The notes beneath the pieces were generated by a model. The model did no database searches. It had not been told where the DNA came from and saw only the letters and a program-made list of their open reading frames with translations. From contig MERK01000083.1 of assembly GCA_001770575.1 (NCBI GenBank), positions 1 through 46,805 of the forward strand: 46,805 nt of DNA, given 5' to 3'. The DNA comes from Betaproteobacteria bacterium RIFCSPLOWO2_12_FULL_64_23. GTDB taxonomy: Bacteria > Pseudomonadota > Gammaproteobacteria > Burkholderiales > SG8-39. The position numbers and the translations under genes are program-made. Positions 29,184-37,651 of this stretch are shown here, one piece after another. How positions within the stretch are numbered: position 1 is the stretch's first letter; the number at the start of each line of letters is the position of its first letter.

Positions 29184-31004
29184 ATGCACGCAGTACCGGA
29201 AACAGTGGAGCTATCGAAACGGCCGGACCAAGACCTGCGCCCGTTGACCGGAAACGAAGCGATCGCGCGCGGCGCGTGGGAAGCCGGCGTACGCGTCGCC
29301 GCCGCCTATCCGGGCACGCCCAGCACGGAAATCATGGAGTCCCTCGCCGGCTACCCGGCCGAGGATTTGCACGCCCAGTGGTCGACCAATGAAAAAGTCG
29401 CGCTCGACGTGGCCATAGGCGCTTCCTTTGCCGGCAGCCGCGCCTTCGCGTCCATGAAACACGTCGGCCTCAACGTGGCCGCCGACGCATTCATGTCGCA
29501 GGCCTATATCGGCGTCAACGGCGGGCTGGTGCTCGCCGTGTGCGACGATCCGGGCATACACAGTTCGCAAAACGAGCAGGACACGCGCATCTACGGCCAG
29601 TTCGCGACGGTGCCGGTGCTCGAACCGAGCGACGCGCAGGAAGCGCTCGATTTGACGAAACTTGCCTTCGATCTGTCCGAACAATTCGACACCATGGTCA
29701 TCGTGCGCGGCACCACACGCCTGTCGCACACCCGCAGCCCGGTCGCCATCGGCCCGCGCACAGAACATCCAACGCGCGGATTCCTCGAAAATCCGGCAAA
29801 AAACGTGATGATCCCCGCGCATGCGCGGCGCCGCCATGTGGCGGTGATCGAGCGCGAGGCGAAACTGAAGGCCTACCTCGAAACCGCGCCGATCAACCGC
29901 TGGGAGACCGGCGACGCGAGTTTCGGCGTGATCACGGCGGGAACCTGCTATCCCTATGTGCGCGAAGTGCTGCCCAACGCGAGCGTGCTGAAACTGGGCG
30001 CCTCCTGGCCGCTGCCCGATGACCTGTTGCGGCGCTATTGCGCGTCGGTCGAGCGCGTGTTCGTGGTGGAAGAGCTGGAGCCGGTGATCGAAAAGGAATT
30101 GCGCGCGCTCGGCATCAAGGTGGAAGGCAAGCAGTTCTTTCCGCGCGAGGGCGAGTTTTCGCCCGAGATCCTGCGCGCCGGCTTCGAGCGCGCGGGCGTG
30201 CTCGAGCCGCGCGCGCAGCGCGCCGGCTGGGCGCTTGAACCGCTCGCGCGGCCGCCGGTGCTGTGCGCAGGCTGCCCGCACACCTCGAGCTTCATGGCGG
30301 TGCGGGCGTCGGGTGCGCGCGTGGCCGGGGACATCGGCTGCTACACCCTCGCCTGCCTCGATCCGCTGAGAGGCCTCGATACCACCGTGTCCATGGGATC
30401 TTCCATCGGCAACGCCATCGGCATGGCCATGGCCGGCGACACCAAGCCGGTGATGGCCACCATCGGCGATTCGACTTTCCTGCACGCCGGCATCCCGGGG
30501 CTGATCAACGCGGTATACAACCAGGCGAACATCACCGTGCTGCTGCTGGACAACCACATCACCGCGATGACCGGCGGCCAGGAGCATCCGGGCACAGGCA
30601 AGACGCTGCGCGGCGAGGAAGCGCCGAAGGTCGATTACGAAGCACTGGTGCGCGCGATCGGCGTGAAATGGGTGCGCAGCGTGGACTCCTACGACCTGGC
30701 GCAGATGTACCAGACGCTGCGCGAGGCCATCGCTTACCGCGGCGTATCGGTGATCATCTCCAACCGTCCCTGCGTGCTCGACCCGGTGAAGATCAAGGGC
30801 CCCGCGCTCGCGATCGTGAACGAGCAGTGCAACGCCTGCCAGTCGTGCATGAACCTCGGCTGCCCCGCCCTCACCTGGGGCAAGGATACCTTCGAAGGCC
30901 GGCACAAGGTGAAAATCGATCAGTCGCTGTGCATCGGCTGCACCCTGTGCGCGCAGGTGTGTACGGTGGATTGCATCAAGCCGGCGGCGACGGTGGCGCA
31001 ATGA
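29184..31004 (+). CDS. iorA: Indolepyruvate/arylpyruvate:ferredoxin oxidoreductase alpha subunit
   Basis: GNEAIARG, YPGTPSTE, NEKVA, MKHVGLNVAAD, SSQNEQD, LCAGCPH, GDSTFLH, TAMTGGQ and a C-terminal ferredoxin domain. Confidence 0.92.
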   Translation: MHAVPETVELSKRPDQDLRPLTGNEAIARGAWEAGVRVAAAYPGTPSTEIMESLAGYPAEDLHAQWSTNEKVALDVAIGASFAGSRAFASMKHVGLNVAADAFMSQAYIGVNGGLVLAVCDDPGIHSSQNEQDTRIYGQFATVPVLEPSDAQEALDLTKLAFDLSEQFDTMVIVRGTTRLSHTRSPVAIGPRTEHPTRGFLENPAKNVMIPAHARRRHVAVIEREAKLKAYLETAPINRWETGDASFGVITAGTCYPYVREVLPNASVLKLGASWPLPDDLLRRYCASVERVFVVEELEPVIEKELRALGIKVEGKQFFPREGEFSPEILRAGFERAGVLEPRAQRAGWALEPLARPPVLCAGCPHTSSFMAVRASGARVAGDIGCYTLACLDPLRGLDTTVSMGSSIGNAIGMAMAGDTKPVMATIGDSTFLHAGIPGLINAVYNQANITVLLLDNHITAMTGGQEHPGTGKTLRGEEAPKVDYEALVRAIGVKWVRSVDSYDLAQMYQTLREAIAYRGVSVIISNRPCVLDPVKIKGPALAIVNEQCNACQSCMNLGCPALTWGKDTFEGRHKVKIDQSLCIGCTLCAQVCTVDCIKPAATVAQ

Positions 31005-31975
31005 GCCGGCCGACCGCATCGACGAGCAGCGCGAAAGACGGGCAACTGCGGCCTACCGCGGCCGCGGCCAAGGCGCGCGAGCCGATGAACGTGCTCATCG
31101 TGGGCGTCGGCGGCCAGGGCGTCATCATGGTGTCCAAGGCGTTGGCATCCCTGGCCCAGTCCAAGGGCTACCAAGTCAAGCAAAGCGAAGTGCACGGCAT
31201 GGCCAAGCGCGGCGGCACCGTGTTCAGCCACGTGCGCTTCGGCCCGCAGGTATGGTCGCCCACCATCCCGAAAGGCGAAGCCGATATCCTGGTCGCGCTC
31301 GAATGGGCAGAGGGCCTGCGCTGGTTGCCTTTCCTCAAACCCGATACCGGCATATTCATCTGCGACACCAAGCGCATCGTGCCGCCGTTCGCCTGCCTGA
31401 ACCGGCGCCCGGGCGCGCCCCTGCGCTACTCGCGCGAGACGCCGGCCGAAGTCAGGGCGCAGGTGGCCGAAGCCTATGCCATCGACGCCACGCGCATGGC
31501 CGAGGAACTCGGCAACGAGCGCGCCGCCAACGTGGTGCTGATCGGGGCGTTGTCCACGGCACTCGACTTCCCCGCCGGGGACTGGGAAAAGTCGCTCGCG
31601 CAATTCGTGCCGAAGAAAACCATCGCGGTCAATCTCGACGCCTTCCGCCTCGGGCGCAGCTGGATCGAGGAGGCTCGAACCAACCCCGTGGTTACCGAAG
31701 CCCCGGCCGCGAAAGCCGCTGCGCTCGCGCATGTTCCGTACAGCGTGCGCCTGGAAATCACGCCGGAGTGGTGCAAGAGCTGCGACATCTGCGTCAAGCT
31801 CTGCCCCGAGCGCTGCCTGAGGCTGAACGCGGAGCGCATCGTCGAATTGGCGCAGCCGGAAAAATGCACCGGTTGCCGGCTGTGCGAACTGCTGTGCCCG
31901 GACTTTGCCATCCGCGTGCACCTGGACAGCGCTGTCGTCGCGATCGCCGCCGCCGCGCAGGAAACCAAGGCATGA
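31001..31975 (+). CDS. iorB: IOR beta subunit fused to a C-terminal 2[4Fe-4S] (KorD/delta-like) domain
   Basis: GVGGQG and SEVHGMAKRGG (IorB), then an Ala-rich linker and WCKSCDICVKLCP...CTGCRLCELLCPDFAI. Confidence 0.85.
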   Translation: MSRPTASTSSAKDGQLRPTAAAAKAREPMNVLIVGVGGQGVIMVSKALASLAQSKGYQVKQSEVHGMAKRGGTVFSHVRFGPQVWSPTIPKGEADILVALEWAEGLRWLPFLKPDTGIFICDTKRIVPPFACLNRRPGAPLRYSRETPAEVRAQVAEAYAIDATRMAEELGNERAANVVLIGALSTALDFPAGDWEKSLAQFVPKKTIAVNLDAFRLGRSWIEEARTNPVVTEAPAAKAAALAHVPYSVRLEITPEWCKSCDICVKLCPERCLRLNAERIVELAQPEKCTGCRLCELLCPDFAIRVHLDSAVVAIAAAAQETKA

Positions 31976-33141
31976 ACGCAGTCGAGCAGGCGCTTTCGCC
32001 CAAAGCCGCGCTGCGCCTGATCTCGGGCAACCACGCCTGCGCGCTGGCTGCAGTTGCAGCGGGCTGCCGCTTTTTTGCCGGCTATCCGATCACGCCTTCC
32101 TCGGAAGTCGCCGAGCGCCTGTCGCAGCTGCTGCCGGAGGTGGATGGCGTGTTCGTGCAGATGGAAGACGAAATCGCCTCGATCGCCGCGGTGATCGGCG
32201 CCTCGATGGGCGGCGTCAAGGCGCTGACCGCGACCAGCGGCCCGGGCTTTTCGCTGAAGCAGGAGAACATCGGCTACGCCGCCGGGGCCGAAATTCCCTG
32301 CGTGATCGTCAACGTCATGCGCGGCGGGCCCTCTACCGGCATGCCGACGCGCCCCGCCCAGGGCGACATCATGCAGTCGCGCTGGGGCAGCCATGGCGAC
32401 TACCCGATCATCGTGCTCGCGCCGGCCTCGGTGCGCGAAATCTATACCGAGACCCTGCGCGCCTTCGACCTGGCGGAAACCTGCCGCACGCCGGTGGTGC
32501 TGCTCTACGACCAGGTGATCGCGCAACTGACCGAGACCGTCGACCTCGCCGATGCCAAAGACCTGAGGAACGCAGAGCGCAAGTGGGCGAGCGGGCCGCG
32601 CGAGACTTATCAGCCCTACGCGACGGGTGAAGACGGGATCCCGGCCATGTCGCGCCCAGGTGCGGGCTATCGCGTGCACACCACCGGCCTGAATCACGCG
32701 GAAAACGGTTTCCCGACGCAGAACCCGGAGGCAGTCGCGCGCAACCTCGGGCGGCTGCTCACCAAGTTGGACCGCCACCGCGAGGCGATCGACTCCTGGC
32801 AGGCGATCGGCTGCGCGGATGCCGAAGTAGTGATCGTTGCCATCGGCATCAGCGCGCGCGCCGCGACACGCGCGCTCGACCTCGCCCGCGCGCGCGGCGT
32901 GCGCCTGGGCCTGTTCCGCCCGGTCACGTTGTGGCCGTTCCCGGAAACCGCTTTGCGCGAGGCGACCAAGAATGCGCGCGCCGTGCTCGTGCCGGAGATG
33001 AACGCCGGACAACTGAGCCTGGAAGTGGAGCGCATCCTCGGCGGCAAGCGCGTGGATGCCATCCACCGCTACAACGGCGAGCCGATCACACCGGCTGAAA
33101 TTGCGGAACGCGCCGAAGCGCTGGCAAAGGAAGCAAGATGA
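31972..33141 (+). CDS. 2-oxoacid:ferredoxin oxidoreductase alpha subunit (four-subunit Kor/Oor type)
   Basis: GYPITPSSE, QMEDEIAS, ATSGPGFSL, RGGPSTG and PEMNAGQ. Confidence 0.9.
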   Translation: MNAVEQALSPKAALRLISGNHACALAAVAAGCRFFAGYPITPSSEVAERLSQLLPEVDGVFVQMEDEIASIAAVIGASMGGVKALTATSGPGFSLKQENIGYAAGAEIPCVIVNVMRGGPSTGMPTRPAQGDIMQSRWGSHGDYPIIVLAPASVREIYTETLRAFDLAETCRTPVVLLYDQVIAQLTETVDLADAKDLRNAERKWASGPRETYQPYATGEDGIPAMSRPGAGYRVHTTGLNHAENGFPTQNPEAVARNLGRLLTKLDRHREAIDSWQAIGCADAEVVIVAIGISARAATRALDLARARGVRLGLFRPVTLWPFPETALREATKNARAVLVPEMNAGQLSLEVERILGGKRVDAIHRYNGEPITPAEIAERAEALAKEAR

Positions 33142-34013
33142 TCGTCGACTCCGCAGCCGAATTCGACGTGCGCGAATATCTGCGCATGGAAATGATGCCG
33201 CACTTCCTTTGCCCGGGCTGCGGCCACGGCATCGCCCTGCGGGCGCTGCTGTGGGCCATCCACGAGCTCGGCATCGACAAAGACCAGCTCGCGGTGGTAT
33301 CCGGCATCGGCTGCGCCGGGCGGCTCTCGGCCTACATCGACGCCAACACCTTTCACGTGACCCATGGCCGGCCGCTCGCCTACGCCACCGGGCTCGCGCT
33401 GGCGCGACCGGATCTGCACGTGGTGGTGATCACCGGCGACGGCGACTGCCTCGCGATCGGCGGCAACCACTTGATCCACGCCTGCCGGCGCAACCTGAAG
33501 CTCACCTGTCTCATGCTCAATAACGAGGTCTACGGCATGACCGGGGGCCAGGTGTCGCCGACCACCTCCGAGTCGCGCCTCACGACCACCACGCCGCTGG
33601 GGAACGCGGAGCCGAACTTCGACGCCTGCGCGCTCGCCGCGGCGGCAGGCGCGAGCTTCGTCGGCCGCGAAGTGACGCATCACGTGCCCAAGCTGAAGGA
33701 ACTCATCCGCTCAGGCCTCGCGCATCCGGGCTTCGCCTTCATCGAAGTGCTGTGCGACTGCACCGAGATCTTCGGGCGCAAGAACGAGCTCGGCTCCTCG
33801 GCCGAGATGGTGCTGCGGCAGAAAAGCGACCTGCGTCCCAGCGCCTACCGCGACTCGGTGGACACGCCGTTCCGCTCGAACGACCTCCCCACCGGCATCC
33901 TCGCGAAAACCGACCGGCCCGAGTACGGCGCGGCCTACCGCAAAGCGGCCGCCGCGCAGCGCGCAAGCAAGGCGGCCAAAGCCTCCACCGGCGCGAACAA
34001 AGGAAAGGCCTGA
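33138..34013 (+). CDS. 2-oxoacid:ferredoxin oxidoreductase beta subunit
   Basis: CPGCGHG, SGIGC, THGR, GDGD and YGMTGGQ. Confidence 0.9.
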   Translation: MIVDSAAEFDVREYLRMEMMPHFLCPGCGHGIALRALLWAIHELGIDKDQLAVVSGIGCAGRLSAYIDANTFHVTHGRPLAYATGLALARPDLHVVVITGDGDCLAIGGNHLIHACRRNLKLTCLMLNNEVYGMTGGQVSPTTSESRLTTTTPLGNAEPNFDACALAAAAGASFVGREVTHHVPKLKELIRSGLAHPGFAFIEVLCDCTEIFGRKNELGSSAEMVLRQKSDLRPSAYRDSVDTPFRSNDLPTGILAKTDRPEYGAAYRKAAAAQRASKAAKASTGANKGKA

Positions 34014-34579
34014 TGCGCGACGCGAGACTTGAAATCCGTATCGGCGGCACCGGCGGCCAGGGCTTGATTCTATGCGCCAAGATGCTCGCCGACGCCTTGT
34101 GCACGACTGGCAGCCGCGTCGCCCAGTCGCAGACCTACGAACCGACTTCGCGCGGCGGCTATTGCAATTCCGACCTGGTGATCTCAGAGCGCGAAGTCGA
34201 TTTTCCACTCGCCACCGCGCTTGACTGCCTGGTATTGCTCGACCGCATGGCGCTCAAGCCGTCCTTGCCGCTGCTCAAGCCGGGCGGCCTGGTGATCGCC
34301 GATACGCGGCTGTGTCCGGAGCTGCCAGCGGGCCACTATCGCCTGCATCACCTGCCGCTCAGCCGCCGCGCAATTGAGCTGGGCAGCGAGCGCGTGGCGA
34401 ACATCGTCGCGCTGGGCGCGCTGGCCGCGCTCGCCGGAATCTGCGAGCGCAAGGCGCTCGAACACGCCGTGCGCGCGGAGACACCGAAGAGTTTTCTTGA
34501 CATCAACCTGGACGCCCTCGCCGCGGGCTATCGCCTCGGCGAGCAGGCAACCCCGACTGCCGCGCTGATTTTCGGTTGA
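34013..34579 (+). CDS. 2-oxoacid:ferredoxin oxidoreductase gamma subunit
   Basis: IRIGGTGGQG, QTYEPTSRGG and ANIVALG; start at ATG 34013 overlapping the previous stop. Confidence 0.88.
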   Translation: MRDARLEIRIGGTGGQGLILCAKMLADALCTTGSRVAQSQTYEPTSRGGYCNSDLVISEREVDFPLATALDCLVLLDRMALKPSLPLLKPGGLVIADTRLCPELPAGHYRLHHLPLSRRAIELGSERVANIVALGALAALAGICERKALEHAVRAETPKSFLDINLDALAAGYRLGEQATPTAALIFG

Positions 34580-34635
34580 CGCGCAACTGGGGTACACTAC
34601 CGGTGTCGATGACGACGCAAGAAAGGAGTCCGCTG

Positions 34636-34731
34636 ATGGGAAACCGCGACAGGCAACGCAGGGAAGAGAAGAAACCGAAGAAACCGAAGAAACCGGCTCC
34701 GACCCCGGCAATGCGAGCCGGCCGAGCCTGA
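34636..34731 (+). CDS. Small basic protein, 31 aa (MGNRDRQRREEKKPKKPKKPAPTPAMRAGRA)
   Basis: Strong RBS AAGGAG at 34623-34628, 7 nt before the ATG; 9-bp repeat AAGAAACCG x3; below the ORF-track cutoff. Confidence 0.5.
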   Translation: MGNRDRQRREEKKPKKPKKPAPTPAMRAGRA

Positions 34732-34786
34732 CCGGAATGACGGCGCACGGGTTCGTCTCCTTTTCTGACACTGCACCCGGCGCCCG

Positions 34787-35062
34787 CTAGACGCCCAGGT
34801 ATCTCTGGTGCAGTTCCGGCTGCGCGCGCAGTTCGGCGCTCGCGCCCTCGAACACCGTGATGCCTTTCACCAGAATCACGACGCGATCGGCGACGGCCGA
34901 CACGGCGGCGAAGTTCTTGTCCACGATCACCGCCGCGATCCCGGCTTGTTTGATCTGGCCGATGATGCCCAGGATCAGCGTCAGCCCGCTCGCCGCCGGG
35001 AACAGCAGCAGGCCTTACTGGATCCCGTTCAAGACTTGAATCAAAAAGGTGTTTGCGTCGAT
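34787..35062 (-). pseudogene. Chimeric livH'::'livF deletion scar of a second Liv-type ABC operon
   Basis: One frame reads IDANTFLIQVLNGIQ*GLLLFPAASGLTLILGII (LivH N-terminus, in-frame TAA at 35015-35017) joined to GQIKQAGIAAVIVDKNFAAVSAVADRVVILVKG...LHQRYLGV* (LivF C-terminus). Confidence 0.8.
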
Positions 35063-35069
35063 GTCTGCG

Positions 35070-35258
35070 CTATTCTTCCGCCGACTCCCGACTCCGCCGC
35101 ATCGCGAATGCTGCCAAAGCCTGTCGGTACTCGGCCTGAGATCCCTCGCTGACCGGCGTGCCGCACTCGTAGCAGGTGCCGCTCATGCGATCGAACCAGC
35201 GGCAGCCGCAGGCGTCGCATGCCAGTTCGGGGGCGCCGGCGGGATTGAAGAAAATCAC
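35070..35258 (-). CDS. Small Cys-rich (zinc-ribbon-like) hypothetical protein, 62 aa
   Basis: GTG start overlapping the upstream stop (GTGA); CxxC...CxxC (CDACGC...CYECG). Confidence 0.65.
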   Translation of the reverse strand: MIFFNPAGAPELACDACGCRWFDRMSGTCYECGTPVSEGSQAEYRQALAAFAMRRSRESAEE

Positions 35259-35656
35259 CGGCAAGCGCCCATGAAGGCGAAACCCAGGGCATCGAGCAAT
35301 TCCTCGAAACCCTTTGCCTCCAGGTCGCAGCGCCGGCGCAGCACGTAACAGACGACGGCGCCGCTGCGGATGCCGGCGCGCAACACCACGAACAGTTGCG
35401 CGTCGACAGCGCTGCATATCTCCCCCAGGGCTTGCGCGTTGGCGGCGAGCACTATGTCGGCGCCGCTGGCGGCAAATCCCGGGAACGGCGCGTCGCGCAC
35501 TTCGATACCAGCGTCGCCGACCTCCCACAGCAACATGGTGGCCGGCGCTTCGCGGGCGACGAGGCCGATGCGGGCGCCCGGTTCGAGGGCGGCGAACAAC
35601 TCGTTGTGACGGGCCGCCGCGGCCTGCCATGCGTCCGGTTCGGGCAGCGCGCTCAC
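35255..35656 (-). CDS. Hypothetical protein, 133 aa
   Basis: GTG start overlapping the OYE stop (GTGA); protein-like composition, ends in 'LLDALGFAFMGACR'. Confidence 0.65.
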   Translation of the reverse strand: MSALPEPDAWQAAAARHNELFAALEPGARIGLVAREAPATMLLWEVGDAGIEVRDAPFPGFAASGADIVLAANAQALGEICSAVDAQLFVVLRAGIRSGAVVCYVLRRRCDLEAKGFEELLDALGFAFMGACR

Positions 35657-37626
35657 AGCCGCACGCCGAGGCGGAAACCTTCCTGGATGGCCTGCTCCAA
35701 GCCTCGCGGGATCAGCGCGTCGCCGATCCCGTGCAGTTCGTCCACCATCCATTCGAATTCGTGAAACAGCTCGTGCGCCGGCTTGGACGCAGCCGCGAGT
35801 ATCACGGTATCGGCTGGCAGAAAGGTCTCCACGCCCTTGCCGTCGCGGACGGTCACACCCTCCTTCGTCACCTTCACCGGTTGACTCAATGTCAGGCAGG
35901 GAATACCCAACTCCTCCACCCAGGAAGCGTGCCGCCACTTGAAGGAGGGCTTGACATCGCCGGCGATGCGCTTGTCCTTCTCCACCACGGTCACTTCGGC
36001 GCCCTGGTTCTTGCGCAATGCCTCGGCGACAGTGAGACCGATCTTGCCACCGCCAATCACTACCACGCGCTTGCCGGCTGTAATGCGCCCGTGAGCTACA
36101 TCGAGTGCATCCACCATGAACTCCGCACCCTCCATGTTCTCGAACGGTACCCGGTCGATGCGCGCCCCCGCCGCGACGACGCAGACGTCGTACTGGTGCA
36201 GCACGCTGCGCATGAACTTGGCGTGCACTTCGGTATTAAGGCGAATCTCGATGCCCAGCCGCTTGGCCACCACTTCGTAGTGCGAGATCACCGAAAGCAG
36301 GTCGTCGGGCCGCGCCAAGTCGTTCATGGCGTAAGCGTATAGGTTGCCGCCGACGCGCCCGGCTTTGTCGAATACGGTAACGTCGTGGCCGCGCCGGGCG
36401 GCAGTGATCGCGCATTCCATGCCGGCGGGGCCGGCGCCGATGATCATGACTTTTTTCCTCACCGCCGCCGGCGTCACCTGGTACTCAGGCTCCACCTCGT
36501 GGCCCAGGGCCGGATTCATGGTGCAGGTGTAGGGCAGGTCGCGGAACAGTCGCGACAGGCAGTTCAGGGAGCCGATGCAGCGGCGCGCCTCGTCCAGGCG
36601 GTCCTCGGCCGCCTTGTGGATCAGATCAGGGTCAGCCAGCAGAGGCCGGCAGACTTCCCAGAAGTCGAAGACGCCGTCGCGCAGGCACTGGTCGGCCATG
36701 CGCGGATCGGGCAGCCGATTGCCGAATGTGATCAGGGTGTTCGGACAGGTCTTTTTCGCCCGCTCGGAGAGATAGTTCCAGTAACCCGGCGGAATGTCCC
36801 GGCCAATGGACGATTCCGGTGCCTCCTGCCAGCCGACCGTAACGCTGATCATGTCCACGCCCGCATCCGCGGCCTGCCGCATCAGCTCGAAGCATTCGTC
36901 CTCGCTGTTGCCGCCCCATTTGTCCATCAACTCGGCACCGTTCAGACGCACCACCAGCGGATTGTCCGGTGTCGCCTGCTTGATGCCGTCGATGAGTTCG
37001 CGCATAAAGCGGCCGCGATTTTCGATCGAACCGCCGTACTCGTCGCTGCGCTGGTTGGTGAAGCGGGAGTTGAAATTGGCCAGCAGGTAGCCCATGAAGC
37101 TGGTGATTTCGGTGCCGTCGAAGCCGGCGCGTATCGCCCGGTCGGCGGCCTCGGCGTGCTGGCGGATGCAATCGCGGATTTCGTCCTTCGTCATCACCTT
37201 GGGCGGGCGGAAGTGGGGCAGGGTCTGGGGAACGTCCGAGGGCTGGATGCAATAGCCCAGGTCTATGCCACCATAGCGGCCGGCGTGCAGGATCTGCTGG
37301 ATAGCCATCGCCCCCTGCTCCTTGATGTCGGCGGCGATGCGCTCGAATTGAGGCAGGAACTTGTCGTCAAAGATGGCCACCTGGCGGAAGTAGGCCTTGC
37401 CCTCGCCCAGCGGGTCCGGGTAGGCCCCCTGGTTGGTGATCATGCCGCAGCCGGTGCGGGCGATGATGCGCATACGGGCAATCTCACGCTCGGTGATAAA
37501 GCCGTCGCGGGTGTTGTAATTGGAGACGCAGCAGGCGCCATATTTGATGCGGTTCTTTATCTTGAACCGGCCGAATTGCCCCGGCTGGAACAGGTACGGC
37601 AGTTTCAATTCTCCCGGCTTCATCAT
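35653..37626 (-). CDS. Old yellow enzyme family flavo-(Fe-S) oxidoreductase (2,4-dienoyl-CoA reductase/dienoyl-CoA oxidase-like architecture)
   Basis: TIM-barrel OYE domain (QILHAGR, AGFDG, RSDEYGGSIENRGRF) plus FAD/NAD domains (GAGPAG, GGGKIG). Confidence 0.85.
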   Translation of the reverse strand: MMKPGELKLPYLFQPGQFGRFKIKNRIKYGACCVSNYNTRDGFITEREIARMRIIARTGCGMITNQGAYPDPLGEGKAYFRQVAIFDDKFLPQFERIAADIKEQGAMAIQQILHAGRYGGIDLGYCIQPSDVPQTLPHFRPPKVMTKDEIRDCIRQHAEAADRAIRAGFDGTEITSFMGYLLANFNSRFTNQRSDEYGGSIENRGRFMRELIDGIKQATPDNPLVVRLNGAELMDKWGGNSEDECFELMRQAADAGVDMISVTVGWQEAPESSIGRDIPPGYWNYLSERAKKTCPNTLITFGNRLPDPRMADQCLRDGVFDFWEVCRPLLADPDLIHKAAEDRLDEARRCIGSLNCLSRLFRDLPYTCTMNPALGHEVEPEYQVTPAAVRKKVMIIGAGPAGMECAITAARRGHDVTVFDKAGRVGGNLYAYAMNDLARPDDLLSVISHYEVVAKRLGIEIRLNTEVHAKFMRSVLHQYDVCVVAAGARIDRVPFENMEGAEFMVDALDVAHGRITAGKRVVVIGGGKIGLTVAEALRKNQGAEVTVVEKDKRIAGDVKPSFKWRHASWVEELGIPCLTLSQPVKVTKEGVTVRDGKGVETFLPADTVILAAASKPAHELFHEFEWMVDELHGIGDALIPRGLEQAIQEGFRLGVRL

Positions 37627-37651
37627 CGCTCCCAGTAAGACATCAATCCCT

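Noticed and set aside
34808-35152. 114-aa plus-strand ORF
   Set aside because: Antisense reading of the livH/livF pseudogene scar.
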